Shown here: positions 31,415-41,184 of the stretch, one piece after another
Layout: each line of letters begins with the position of its first letter
Position numbering within the stretch: the first letter of the stretch is position 1
Assembly (NCBI GenBank): GCA_003140935.1
Contig: PLLJ01000011.1
Coordinates: 2,634 to 66,633 of the forward strand
Reading direction: 5' to 3'
Length of the DNA stretch: 64,000 nt
Source: Candidatus Omnitrophota bacterium
GTDB lineage: Bacteria > Omnitrophota > Omnitrophia > Omnitrophales > Aquincolibacteriaceae
Made by a program: the position numbers and the translations under genes
The notes under the pieces: generated by a model
What the model was told of the DNA's origin: nothing
The model's input: only the letters and a program-made list of their open reading frames with translations
Database searches by the model: none

Positions 31415-33268
31415 CTAATTGATATTCGAATGTAGCCCGCCGGAGCCGGCGCGGAAATCGACGTTGGTGAGATCGCTACCCTCTTCACGCGCGTAAGCGC
31501 AATTCCAAAAACAGGCGCCGCAGTGGATACATTTTTCGCGATCGAAAAGCGGAACGCCGCCGTCGGAGTTAGCCGTGATGGCCTGACCGGAACACATCTC
31601 GATACACACCTTGGTCCGGCATTTCTGGCACTTGCCGGCATCCATGAAAATAACATGGTCCGCGTATCCTTCCGCCGCCTGGACCTTGCCGCCTAAAAGA
31701 AGCGCGTCCTGGTGGGAAATAAGAAGCTTGCCATCGTACTGGACTTCCGGCCATCCCGCCGCGTCCATCAAGGCGTCATGCATCGAAGTGTTCGTTTCAT
31801 TCGCTTCCTTGCGTGCCTTCTCGATCACTTCGGCGGAAACCTTACCTTGGTAATAGGCCTCCAACGAAGGAATGCGTTTATAAACAGGCTTGAGTTTCGC
31901 GGGGATATTGAGAAGTCCGTTCGTGAACCCCGCCATTCCCATCCCCATCATGCCCAGCACGAAATTATGACTGAAACCATCGCGCGCTTTTTTCGCGATC
32001 CGGTTATCTTTTTCGATCCAGCTCGCGCGGCGCTTCTTCAAATACGTCGCTTCGAGATTTTCCTTGGTAAAGGACTTCTTTTCTTTAAGCAATTCGATCA
32101 CGCCTTCCGCAAGCTGAACGCCCGTGGTCCACGCTTCATCCACGCCGGAACCTTTGAGCATATTGGTGCTGCCAGACCCTTCGCCGATACGGGCAAAGCC
32201 GTCGCCCACGATAAAAGGCTCCCCGCGCATACCGGCTTCCTGCAAACTTTTCCCGCCCCATGATTTCAGGGTCGCGCCTTGCAAATGTTTCCAGAGCTTG
32301 GGATGCTGCATCCAGTGCTGTAGGTAACGGTAGGCGGAACGCATGGGATTATCCAGCCAGGACGGAACGAAGATCCCGAGCGACGCCATGCGCTGGGGAT
32401 ACACGTAAAGAAAACCAAAGATCTCCGGTTCCGGAAAACCGAATGTGTGAATGACCGTACCCGCTTCAAGCGCGGTATTTTCAGGCAGTTCTACCACGGC
32501 TTTCATGCCCAGTGCCCATTCGCGCTGATGATTTCCTTCCGGAAGCCCGAACTTCATGTCAAGACTCTGCCCCACAGGGCCATAGGGCCCGTCCCCCACA
32601 ACCGTGAACCCCGCATGGATATCCATACCGGGCATGAAGGCCCCGGTGGGTTTTCCGGATTTCTCAACACCCTGGTCCACCAGCCTAACGCCGGAAACAC
32701 GGTTTGAATCAAAGAGCGGTTCCTTCACCGGCATCCCGGGCCACACTTGTACAAGCCCGAAGTCCATGAGGCTCGACCCAAGCCACTGCGTGAACTGGCC
32801 CATCGAAAGCACCCAACCGCCGTGCTTGGCCATAAAAGGCGGGATAAAAGGCAGCTGGAACGCGTGATCTTTATACCAAGGGAGGATAAAACCAAAGGTG
32901 CGGAAAAGCCAATCGACGAATTTTAAAACCCAGGAACGCCGGCTCGCGCCCACGGGATCAAGAAGATAATAAACTTCCTCGTGTTTCACCGGATGCGCCA
33001 TCGGAACTTGGGAAAGCTCTTCGGCCGTGAAAGCGGCCTTGATCCCCTTCGCCTCGGTCACGATCCCCGAAACGCCGAATCCGATGTCATCCGCCCGCTC
33101 GTAGCAGATCACCTGGAGCGGCATGCCCGGCATCACCTTGCTTTGAAAATGCTCGGCTGCGGGGTCCTGCTGCATGGCACGGGTCAAGGTGTTCAAAAAT
33201 CCGGCCGTCGCGGGTCCGAATCCCACACAAACGACGTCTACATCCATTTTTTGGCGGTCTGTGGTCAT
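31415..33268 (-). CDS. ETF-QO/FixC-like flavoprotein with C-terminal 2x[4Fe-4S] ferredoxin domain (FixCX-like)
   Basis: FAD motif VVCVGFGPATAGF; C-terminal CQKCRTKVCIEMC and CIHCGACFWNC cluster motifs; AGAGG RBS before ATG 33268. Confidence 0.75.
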   Translation of the reverse strand: MTTDRQKMDVDVVCVGFGPATAGFLNTLTRAMQQDPAAEHFQSKVMPGMPLQVICYERADDIGFGVSGIVTEAKGIKAAFTAEELSQVPMAHPVKHEEVYYLLDPVGASRRSWVLKFVDWLFRTFGFILPWYKDHAFQLPFIPPFMAKHGGWVLSMGQFTQWLGSSLMDFGLVQVWPGMPVKEPLFDSNRVSGVRLVDQGVEKSGKPTGAFMPGMDIHAGFTVVGDGPYGPVGQSLDMKFGLPEGNHQREWALGMKAVVELPENTALEAGTVIHTFGFPEPEIFGFLYVYPQRMASLGIFVPSWLDNPMRSAYRYLQHWMQHPKLWKHLQGATLKSWGGKSLQEAGMRGEPFIVGDGFARIGEGSGSTNMLKGSGVDEAWTTGVQLAEGVIELLKEKKSFTKENLEATYLKKRRASWIEKDNRIAKKARDGFSHNFVLGMMGMGMAGFTNGLLNIPAKLKPVYKRIPSLEAYYQGKVSAEVIEKARKEANETNTSMHDALMDAAGWPEVQYDGKLLISHQDALLLGGKVQAAEGYADHVIFMDAGKCQKCRTKVCIEMCSGQAITANSDGGVPLFDREKCIHCGACFWNCAYAREEGSDLTNVDFRAGSGGLHSNIN

Positions 33269-33352
33269 ATGAAAACCTCTTTTGTACAGAGTACGGCGTT
33301 CCGCGTACGGCATAAAATCTTTTTCGCCGTACCCCATACGCCTTACTAGTTT

Positions 33353-35461
33353 TTAGAGAGGATAATCGAGCGCTTCCGGGATCATGACTTGCGCGACGGC
33401 TTCCGCAGCGCGATCCTTGGAAAAGCGCAGCCCTGAGAAACAGGCGTCGGTCTTCGCGCGCAACTCCGCGAAAGCCTTAAGTTCCGGACTCACCGTGGAG
33501 CAGCAATCGCTCGAAGCCTGATAGCCATAAATGAGATCGGCGCAGATTTTTCCGACTTCGCCCGCGGCCCGCGCGGACTGAACACCGCTCAGATCTGAGT
33601 AGAAATTCACCATGCCGGCAAGACCTTCCGCGAGCGTGGGATTCTCCGGACCTTTTTTCTCGAGCTCAAGAGTATCAAGGATGAGCTGGCGCGCGCCCAG
33701 GAGCCACGCGAGAGCATCGGTCATCGGAAACATCACGCCCTGGCGTTGCCCGCCATACAGTGTTTTCCCGTTCACGTCCTTGTGGGTCTGGAGATACTCA
33801 AGCGACCAGAGCCAAAGCTCCATCGCCCCGGCGAGGGCGCAGGCGCCCATTTCCGGTTTCCGCTTCGCGAGTTCCCGAAGATCCTTGATCCAGTTCTTGA
33901 ACTGGGCAAGAAAGATCTCGTTGACCATTGTCAGACTCAATTGGCGGCGTTGGACGCATTCCGGACCTTCATACGTCGCCTCAAGCTGGGCATCCGACCA
34001 TTTCTGTGTCAGGAATCCGGGACAATCTTCCGTGATGCCGTAACCGCCCATCAAACTCACGGCTTCGCGCATCATCGTGGCGCCATAGCCCGTATTCCAG
34101 AGCTTTCCCGCAGGACAGTACACGTCAGCGAGTGATTCCTTGATAAGGTACTGGACCAGAAGATCGCTTTCTAATTCCGCGATCCGCTTCACGTCACGCT
34201 TGGCCTCGGGCTTCGCCATGAGTTCGATATATTCGAGCGCTTTCTTGCGCGGTCCCATAAAGGCCTTCATCTGCGCGCGGGCGCCTTTGATCCCCTGTTC
34301 GTTGAAGATCTTATCCTTTTCGTGCTCCATCACATCGAAGGCATCGAAAAGCCGGGCTCCTTCGAACCCGAGAGACGCGCCCGCTTCCCCGGTCGCCCAA
34401 ACATCGACCAGACGGTGGCAGGGGTCCTCTTTCTGTTGAATGCCGAGATCATAGCGCGGAGTCCCCGGAGTGGCTGATTCCCCGCCGCGAAAACGCGTGC
34501 GTTGATAGCGGATCACGGGTTCGATCGCGGAAAGAAGCTTCGCGGTGGTCATGATCCCCACGGTCACGCGCGTGCGGCGGAATACCGCTTCGATCACTTC
34601 GCTGTTGCTGAAATTCGGAATGATCACACCGTCCTTCACCGTGTACCCGCCGATGATGCGGCTGGCCGGGACCTTCAGGTTAAAGATCGGATCATGCGTG
34701 CTGGAAAGCTGGTGCACAAGCTTCAGGGTCGGGGCACCGCGGTCATAAAGTCCGGGGTCATTTTCCTCGAGGATCACCATGCAGCTTGATTTGATACGGG
34801 GATCATCGCTATCCACGGAGGCGGTCACGAAATTCGCATAGCCCATATTGGTGATGAAACGGCCGCGCTTTTCGACCTGAAGGACCGGCTCCTTACCTTC
34901 TTTCCATTCCGCGATACGGATACGTCCGGAAAGCATGCCGGCGTCCACGCCGACATAAGGAAGCGGTTCCGTAAGCGCGAACGATCCCCGGATTATTTTC
35001 CGGTTCTCTCCGGGTTTCGGAGGAACGCATCCGCCCATATATTTCTGGATCTGCTCGGGAGTGCCTTTCTCGTGGATCGGCTCGAGCGCGAGGTTGTTCG
35101 CAAGGCTCGCCGTCGCGGCGCCGGCATCCACCCAGCAGAGTTCAAAAGCGATCATCGCGAGCACCAGGTTCTTCGGACCGGAGATATAACCTCCCTGCTC
35201 CGGTTCTATAAAAGCGGCCGTGATCCCCGCCTCGTCAAAAGCTTTGAGCATGGCGGCCTTCTCGGGCGTCCACTCATGGGTGTGGCGCTGCTTATCGGCC
35301 ACCATACGCGCAACAACTCCGCGCGCTACGGAGCGGGTGGACTGGACCACCATCTGAAGGTCATAACGGTCCGTAAACCGCCACATGATCTGGCGGACAT
35401 CGTCCCCAGGAAGCGTGCTCATTAAAGCTCTTTTCTCGGCATTGGCAGTACTCATGGACAT
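33353..35461 (-). CDS. large acyl-CoA dehydrogenase family protein (~700 aa)
   Basis: ACAD N, M and C domain homology in a long-chain ACAD-like architecture. Confidence 0.8.
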   Translation of the reverse strand: MSMSTANAEKRALMSTLPGDDVRQIMWRFTDRYDLQMVVQSTRSVARGVVARMVADKQRHTHEWTPEKAAMLKAFDEAGITAAFIEPEQGGYISGPKNLVLAMIAFELCWVDAGAATASLANNLALEPIHEKGTPEQIQKYMGGCVPPKPGENRKIIRGSFALTEPLPYVGVDAGMLSGRIRIAEWKEGKEPVLQVEKRGRFITNMGYANFVTASVDSDDPRIKSSCMVILEENDPGLYDRGAPTLKLVHQLSSTHDPIFNLKVPASRIIGGYTVKDGVIIPNFSNSEVIEAVFRRTRVTVGIMTTAKLLSAIEPVIRYQRTRFRGGESATPGTPRYDLGIQQKEDPCHRLVDVWATGEAGASLGFEGARLFDAFDVMEHEKDKIFNEQGIKGARAQMKAFMGPRKKALEYIELMAKPEAKRDVKRIAELESDLLVQYLIKESLADVYCPAGKLWNTGYGATMMREAVSLMGGYGITEDCPGFLTQKWSDAQLEATYEGPECVQRRQLSLTMVNEIFLAQFKNWIKDLRELAKRKPEMGACALAGAMELWLWSLEYLQTHKDVNGKTLYGGQRQGVMFPMTDALAWLLGARQLILDTLELEKKGPENPTLAEGLAGMVNFYSDLSGVQSARAAGEVGKICADLIYGYQASSDCCSTVSPELKAFAELRAKTDACFSGLRFSKDRAAEAVAQVMIPEALDYPL

Positions 35462-35512
35462 TGATTCCTTTCGATTGATGTTGCGCTATGAGATCAAACC
35501 CCGAAGAGGGGA

Positions 35513-35607
35513 TTATAGTCCCAATTCTTATCAATTTCAGAGAATCTGAAATTGGGGCAATCCTTGCCAACCCTTTAGGAAAAGAATGAAAGACAAGGAT
35601 AGGACCT
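35513..35607 (-). repeat. repeat element copy C (gene-proximal end ~50 nt upstream of acyl-CoA dehydrogenase ATG)
   Basis: TATAGTCCCAATTCTTATCAATTTCAGAgaaTCTGAAATTGGGGCAATCCTTGCCAACCctttaggaaaagaatgaaaGACAAGGATAGGACC; perfect 10-bp hairpin plus second stem GGCAATCCTTGCC/GACAAGGATAGG. Confidence 0.85.
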
Positions 35608-35719
35608 ACTTCGCAGAAACAAAGTTACGTTATCTTATTCAGAGAAGACCTATGAGGCAAGGGGAAAAACGGGAGAAAAAGGTCTGTATTTGGCGCCGTC
35701 AAGCCGTGTGTATTTGCCC

Positions 35720-36331
35720 TCATTTTCCAGGGTTCCCGGCGACCGGACCGTCACAAATAATGGCGCGCCGTCTCAATTCGAAGAAACATTTCGCACAGCA
35801 AAGCACGTCGGACGCCGCATTGTGTTGATCCTCAAAATCCGCATCGAACAGTTTGATGTGAAGTTCGGATAATTTCGGCCACTTGTCACCATAAGGCCCC
35901 GGGATCTTGCAATATTTCGTCGAGTTTTTCATCGTGCATATTTTCTGGTGGGCCGGGACCGGCTGCAACACATCCGGCATTTCCTGGCGCAAAAGTTCCA
36001 CCTGGACCATTTTTTCATCGAAATCCATATTATGTGCCACAAGGCACGCGGCCCCACGGACCGCCTCAGAAAATTCCCTCAAAACCTTTGCGACCAGCCG
36101 CCCTTCTTTCAATGCCCTTTCGGTACTGATGCCATGGATCACCGTCGCGCTTTCGGGGATCACAAAACCTTCCGGTTTGATGATGTGATTGTGAAGCGCG
36201 ATCTGCGTCCCGTTCTCGTTGAAAAACGCCCAAGCGATCTGAACGATGTGCGGCCAGTTCCCGAGATCGGAAACAGGGGCCCTCCAACTTTTCGGCAATC
36301 CGGTCGTTTCCGTATCAAAAAAAAGATACAT
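35720..36331 (-). CDS. DEDDh 3'-5' exonuclease (DnaQ/RNase T-like)
   Basis: MYLFFDTETTGLP Exo I motif, HNMDFD Exo II, HNAASDV Exo III; AGGAGG RBS before ATG 36331. Confidence 0.75.
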   Translation of the reverse strand: MYLFFDTETTGLPKSWRAPVSDLGNWPHIVQIAWAFFNENGTQIALHNHIIKPEGFVIPESATVIHGISTERALKEGRLVAKVLREFSEAVRGAACLVAHNMDFDEKMVQVELLRQEMPDVLQPVPAHQKICTMKNSTKYCKIPGPYGDKWPKLSELHIKLFDADFEDQHNAASDVLCCAKCFFELRRRAIICDGPVAGNPGK

Positions 36332-36333
36332 TT

Positions 36334-37209
36334 TTATGCCTCCTGAACCGGGATGCGTTTCCCGGCATGACAATAATAGATCTCGGGCAAGGTCCCCTGA
36401 CGGGACTGTTTTTCCTTCTCGAGCCAGGCGCGCATCCTTTGTTGTTGAACCTCATGAGCCGGATCCCAGACGGGAGTAAGACTAAGATCATGCACGATAT
36501 AGAGCGCGTTGGGTTCGTTGCCGCTTTCACTCAGAAACTTCTTCATAAACAAGTCTAACTGCCCTCCCGGACTTTTTTTCTTTACACCCTTCCCGGTCAA
36601 AGCTTCCCTGACGCTGGCTTCGGTAACATCCGTTGAAAAAGACATGGCAGGTTCCTGACTGAAGAATTCCACGTGCGTTTTTACTTCGATCTTACCCCAA
36701 TCGGCAGGCGCGCGATAATGCAAGAGAGCAAAAAGCTGTCCGTAGCGAATGAGCGCTTTTTGGTCCGGCCCGAGGCTTCTGGCATGGTTCATGATCAGCC
36801 GGCTCAGCGCTTTGGGATCAAAATTCCGAACGCCCTCTCGAATGTCCACGGAAAAGACGTCGAAACCGAAGAATCCGCGCATAGTGTTTTGCGTAAGAGT
36901 CATCGTATGCTCTAAAACATCTTGGAATGATTGCCAGGCCATCTTTTCTTCTTTGGAAATGATCGAGGCAAGGTAAAGAGGACGCGCGCCCGTTTCTTCC
37001 GTCACTTCAAATCGGAGGATCTTGGGCGTCAGCTCTTTTTGGTAAACGATCGCCTTCCAGGAAGGAAATCCGGAAAAAATATTTGCGGCTAAAAGATCTT
37101 TCACGGTGCTATTTTCCAGCCACGAATTCGAGCACCACATCCGCTTGTTTCGCCGCGGCAATATGGACCCGGGGCGATAAAGCAGGGGCTTTCTCGATGT
37201 CGGACGCAA
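36334..37209 (-). CDS. hypothetical protein (no recognised domain), downstream of thiF
   Basis: Long ORF in operon position; start uncertain (ATG 37140 or 36942). Confidence 0.45.
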   Translation of the reverse strand: MRPTSRKPLLYRPGSILPRRNKRMWCSNSWLENSTVKDLLAANIFSGFPSWKAIVYQKELTPKILRFEVTEETGARPLYLASIISKEEKMAWQSFQDVLEHTMTLTQNTMRGFFGFDVFSVDIREGVRNFDPKALSRLIMNHARSLGPDQKALIRYGQLFALLHYRAPADWGKIEVKTHVEFFSQEPAMSFSTDVTEASVREALTGKGVKKKSPGGQLDLFMKKFLSESGNEPNALYIVHDLSLTPVWDPAHEVQQQRMRAWLEKEKQSRQGTLPEIYYCHAGKRIPVQEA

Positions 37210-37717
37210 GGTCTCCGATCAGAATAAGGTTCGCTTTCAACTTGTGCACCTTCACGGCATCGCTGGAGCCGTATCCTCCAAGCCCGGAAGCAGAGACGAT
37301 CAATTTCCCGGTCGGGAGCATTCCGGCCACGAGCATGCTCTTGGCCTCGGCCCGGTCAAGACACTCCACGATAACGTCGCAGTCCCGGAATATTTCCTGG
37401 ATATTGGCCAGCTCCAGTTTCACCGGGAACATTTGAAGTTCAAGCCCCGGATTGATGCGGAGGAGATTAGTCCGCAAGGCCTCGACTTTTTTCATCCCGA
37501 CCTGGTCTTCGAAATAGAATTGCCGGTCCAAGTTGGAAGGATCGACGCGGTCGAAATCCACGAGCGTAAAATGCTTGAAACCGACCCGGACGAGACAGGC
37601 CGCGCAATTGGAGCCCAAACCGCCTGCACCCGCAATGCCGATCTTTGCTTTTTCGATCTTTGTGAACTTCGTTTCGCCGAGCTTTTCAATGAGATTCCGC
37701 CGGAACGCGTCCATCAT
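37109..37717 (-). CDS. thiF: ThiF/MoeB-family sulfur-carrier adenylyltransferase
   Basis: IGIAGAGGLGSNCAACLVRVG nucleotide-binding motif of E1-like ThiF. Confidence 0.85.
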   Translation of the reverse strand: MMDAFRRNLIEKLGETKFTKIEKAKIGIAGAGGLGSNCAACLVRVGFKHFTLVDFDRVDPSNLDRQFYFEDQVGMKKVEALRTNLLRINPGLELQMFPVKLELANIQEIFRDCDVIVECLDRAEAKSMLVAGMLPTGKLIVSASGLGGYGSSDAVKVHKLKANLILIGDLASDIEKAPALSPRVHIAAAKQADVVLEFVAGK

Positions 37718-38829
37718 CAGATTTGCATCCAGTCTTTTAGCACCGGCTGATACCCTTTGGCGACGAGCATCGCTTTAAACTCCCCAACGCTCCGCGGGTC
37801 CGAGATCTCGAATTGGGAAGCGTCCTCCCCTTCGGGAGCTCCGAGGGTGTGGCCACCGACGCGTGTCGTCGAACCCGCCGACATGCGCGTGACTCCAAGC
37901 GGCAAAAGATTTTCGCGCAACTGAGCACTTTCCCGCGTCGAAAGCGCGATCCCGATCCGCGGCAGGAAAAGTCTCAAAGCTACGATGATCTGCGTCATGT
38001 TCCTGTCGTTCACCTGTGTAATTTCTTTAAAATCCCCGGCATGCGGCCTCAGGCGCGGAAGCGAGACTCCGATCTCGACCTCTCCGTAGCGATCCTGTAA
38101 ATACCAGGCATGAAGGCCCACCCAAAAAACTTCTTTCCGCCAGTCATTCAATCCCAGAAGGGCTCCAACGTTCACGCTTCTCATTCCGCTCTTTGCGGCA
38201 CGCTCCGGTGCGTCAAGCCGGAAGCGGAAATCTTTTTTAGGCCCCGACTTGTGCACCCGATCATAAACTCCCGTATCATAAGTCTCCTGATATAAGGTCA
38301 ATCCATCGACACCCGAACGCGCAAGATCGGCATATTCTTCTTCCGTGAGTGCGTAGATTTCGACGGAGAGAGAGCTGAAATATTTTTTGAGCACTTCCAG
38401 GCATTTTTTGATATAGGACAGTGGACTTTTCGCTCTCGAATCTCCCGTTAAAATAAGAAGATGCTCGATCCCTGTCGAAGCGATGAATGCGGCCTCTTTT
38501 TCCACTTCTTCCAGAGTTAGCGTTCTCCGTGGCATTTTGTTCAGGGCGTTGAAGCCGCAATAAGCACATTTATTCTCGCAATAATTCGAAAGATACATGG
38601 GCGTGTAAAGCTGGAGGGTCTTTCCAAAATGCATCAGGGTCAACGCATGCGCCCTTTGTGCCATCGGCTCTAAAAGTCTTTCCGCGGTCGGAGAAAGAAG
38701 CGCCAAAAGCCGCGCGGGATCCTGCGCATCAGAATGGATCGAACGCGCAACTTCTTCGGCTGAGATCCCGTGGAAGATCTTTTCGAAAGGAAGGTCCTTA
38801 TATTTTAGAAGGATATCGTAATAGCTCAT
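37717..38829 (-). CDS. thiH: 2-iminoacetate synthase (radical SAM tyrosine lyase)
   Basis: CENKCAYCGF radical SAM motif in ThiH/HydG-like length and order. Confidence 0.88.
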   Translation of the reverse strand: MSYYDILLKYKDLPFEKIFHGISAEEVARSIHSDAQDPARLLALLSPTAERLLEPMAQRAHALTLMHFGKTLQLYTPMYLSNYCENKCAYCGFNALNKMPRRTLTLEEVEKEAAFIASTGIEHLLILTGDSRAKSPLSYIKKCLEVLKKYFSSLSVEIYALTEEEYADLARSGVDGLTLYQETYDTGVYDRVHKSGPKKDFRFRLDAPERAAKSGMRSVNVGALLGLNDWRKEVFWVGLHAWYLQDRYGEVEIGVSLPRLRPHAGDFKEITQVNDRNMTQIIVALRLFLPRIGIALSTRESAQLRENLLPLGVTRMSAGSTTRVGGHTLGAPEGEDASQFEISDPRSVGEFKAMLVAKGYQPVLKDWMQI

Positions 38830-38831
38830 GC

Positions 38832-39617
38832 TTAGCGCGTTTCATCCCGGAGAAAACCGGTCAGAGGTGAGGAGGCACTGGCTCCGCTTCCGGCGGAGGC
38901 AAGTCCGGCGAGATAGGCGGCACGGCCCGCGCTTACAGCCTCTTTGAACGCTCTCGCCATGGTCACGGGATCCCGTGCGATCGCGATCGCAGTATTTACG
39001 AGGACCGCCGCGCATCCCATTTCCATGCATTCACAGGCATCCGAGGGACTGCCAAGACCGGCATCCACGATCACGGGGGCTTTGATCTCACGCGCCAGGA
39101 TCTCCACAAGTTCCCGGGTCTTCACACCGCGGTTACTGCCGATAGGCGATCCGAGCGGCATGACCGCTGCCGCACCCGCATCCACCATGCGTTTGGCCAT
39201 GGAAAGGTCCGGACTCATGTAAGGAAGCACGATGAATCCTTCTTTAGCGAGGATCTCCACTGCTTTGAGCGTTTCGAGATTGTCGGGCAGAAGATATTTA
39301 TTATCCTGGATCACTTCAATCTTGATCCAGTTCCCCTGCCCACCTGCTTTCGCGAGCCTTGCGATCCGCACGGCTTCATCCGCATTCCTTGCGCCGGAAG
39401 TATTGGACATAAGAATGCAAGACTTCGGGACGTATTCCAAAATATTGTCCGCTTGAGAGCCAAGATCGACGCGACGGAGCGCAACGGTCACGATGCCGGG
39501 CTGGGCGACTTCCAAGGCCTTTTGCATGAGAGGATAGCTTGGAAATTTTCCGGTTCCGATCAAAAGACGGCTCTTGATCGAACGTCCGCCGAGAGCAAGC
39601 AGATCTTCCATGGTCAT
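38832..39617 (-). CDS. thiG: thiazole synthase
   Basis: LLIGTGKF...IKIEVI...[13 protein letters not shown] typical ThiG. Confidence 0.93.
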   Translation of the reverse strand: MTMEDLLALGGRSIKSRLLIGTGKFPSYPLMQKALEVAQPGIVTVALRRVDLGSQADNILEYVPKSCILMSNTSGARNADEAVRIARLAKAGGQGNWIKIEVIQDNKYLLPDNLETLKAVEILAKEGFIVLPYMSPDLSMAKRMVDAGAAAVMPLGSPIGSNRGVKTRELVEILAREIKAPVIVDAGLGSPSDACECMEMGCAAVLVNTAIAIARDPVTMARAFKEAVSAGRAAYLAGLASAGSGASASSPLTGFLRDETR

Positions 39618-39814
39618 CCTCCTCCAACAAAACTGACGATCTCGATCATGTCCTGATCCTTAAGCATGATCTTGGGCCAGTCCTCTTTGGAGACAATGCT
39701 GAAGTTATGCTCAACCACGATCTTGTCAGGACACAGCTCTTTAGCCGCGACAAGCGCGTCGAGACTCAAAGGCCGATCGATCGATTCTTGTTTGCCATTC
39801 AAGGTGAGGATCAT
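39614..39814 (-). CDS. thiS: sulfur carrier protein ThiS
   Basis: 66 aa ending in GG (IVSFVGGG); 4-nt overlap with thiG. Confidence 0.85.
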   Translation of the reverse strand: MILTLNGKQESIDRPLSLDALVAAKELCPDKIVVEHNFSIVSKEDWPKIMLKDQDMIEIVSFVGGG

Positions 39815-39910
39815 GCGCTCTTTTCCTTATCCGTGGAAACCCTGCGTGCTATCTTAAACGAATTTTGCCTCTATGGAAAGGCCGCGGATACCTCTGTGAT
39901 TACCGGCATT

Positions 39911-40840
39911 TCAGATCTTTAATTTCGAGAAGTTGACGCGCACATCTTCGGCGGAAGCGTGAAGCGCCTTCCGCTCAACGTCACTCACCCGGATCTCGAT
40001 GATCTTTTTTACGCCTTTGCGCCCGAGTTCCGCTGGCACGCCGCAATAAACGTCGCTCAACCCGTACTGCCCTTTGAGATAAACACAGGACGGGATAATC
40101 TCTCCAGTATCCTGAAGGATCGCGCGGACCATTTTCACGGCGGAAGAGGACGGCGCATAATAAGCGCTACCGGTCTTGAGGAGCTTCACGATCTCCGCCC
40201 CACCGTCACGGGTCCTTTGATTAATCCCCTCGATCGTTGCGGCATCCAGAAGTTTGGTGATCGGCTTTCCTTTGACCCGGGTCAGCTCCGGGACCGGGAC
40301 CATTTGATCGCCGTGCCCGCCCAACACTGTCGCCTTAACATCGGACGGCTTGCAGCCAAGTTTTTCCGCAATAAAATAGGCGTACCTTGAAGAATCCAGT
40401 TCGCCTGCCATCCCGATCACGCGCTCAAAAGAAAACCCTGACTTTTTCTGAGCAAGCCAGGTCATCACATCCAGCGGGTTTGTGACCATCACCAGGATCG
40501 CATTTGGAGAATACCGGGCGCATTCTGTCACGATCCCGCCGACGATCTCAGCATTCTTGAAAAGCAGGTCGTCCCGGCTCATACCGGGTTTGCGCGCAAG
40601 TCCCGCCGTGACCACGATGACGTCTGAACCGGCTGAGTCCTGATAACTGTTAGACCCGGTGATCTTCGAGGAAAATCCCTCGACCGGCGCGGATTCCATC
40701 ATATCGAGCGCCTTGCCTTGCGGAAGCCCTTCCACAATATCGACAAGAACAACGTCCGCCAGGTTTTTCTCAACGATGCGCTGCGCTGCTGTTGCGCCGA
40801 CAAAACCTGCTCCGACAACGGTCACTTTGAAATTTGTCAT
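39911..40840 (-). CDS. mdh: malate dehydrogenase (LDH-like family)
   Basis: KVTVVGAGFVGAT Rossmann; substrate-binding Arg loop; AAGGAGG RBS before ATG 40840. Confidence 0.9.
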   Translation of the reverse strand: MTNFKVTVVGAGFVGATAAQRIVEKNLADVVLVDIVEGLPQGKALDMMESAPVEGFSSKITGSNSYQDSAGSDVIVVTAGLARKPGMSRDDLLFKNAEIVGGIVTECARYSPNAILVMVTNPLDVMTWLAQKKSGFSFERVIGMAGELDSSRYAYFIAEKLGCKPSDVKATVLGGHGDQMVPVPELTRVKGKPITKLLDAATIEGINQRTRDGGAEIVKLLKTGSAYYAPSSSAVKMVRAILQDTGEIIPSCVYLKGQYGLSDVYCGVPAELGRKGVKKIIEIRVSDVERKALHASAEDVRVNFSKLKI

Positions 40841-40944
40841 GATACCATCCTCCTTTGAGAATATCCCTTTGGGAACCGGGAACATGCTTTCGCGTTCACG
40901 GATCGCTTCGCGAGAGCCTTTTTTATATCAAAAAAGAACATGGT

Positions 40945-41184
40945 TTAGTAGTTAAAAAGGTCCCGGTGCGCAAATTTTTGTTCGGGAAGCGCGTTGTGCA
41001 AGGCGTTCAGGATCTTAGCCTTGGTCCGGGTTGTAAGACGCCTCCCCTTGCGCGCCTTTTGCACCACCTTGTGAGAAAGCTGCTCGGTCGAGGCCGCAAC
41101 AAGTGCATGGTTTGAAAGCCCGTGCTTGACCATAAGAGCGTCAAGAGGCTGCGGGCCAAGGTCGTTCGTTTCTTTGATCGTCAT
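40945..41184 (-). CDS. small basic hypothetical protein co-transcribed with rho
   Basis: 79-aa ORF starting with ATGA overlap on rho stop; K/R-rich centre (KARKGRRLTTRTKAK). Confidence 0.4.
   Translation of the reverse strand: MTIKETNDLGPQPLDALMVKHGLSNHALVAASTEQLSHKVVQKARKGRRLTTRTKAKILNALHNALPEQKFAHRDLFNY

Noticed and set aside
35513-35545. Sigma-70-like TTGATA...TATAAT inside repeat copy C (minus-strand reading)
   Set aside because: Spacer is only 11 nt and the TATAAT is not conserved in copies A, B, D (ACTAAA, ACTAAAAAT, GCTATCC)
35586-35828. 80-aa plus-strand ORF
   Set aside because: Overlaps the C-terminus of the DnaQ-like exonuclease on the opposite strand; no support
39815-39910. Possible TPP riboswitch in thiS leader
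   Set aside because: Minus-strand leader has ...GATCTGAAATGCCGG... but lacks the CUGAGA and ACC-CUGAUCUGG-UAAUACCAGCG core; partial resemblance only, reported as a finding about absence instead
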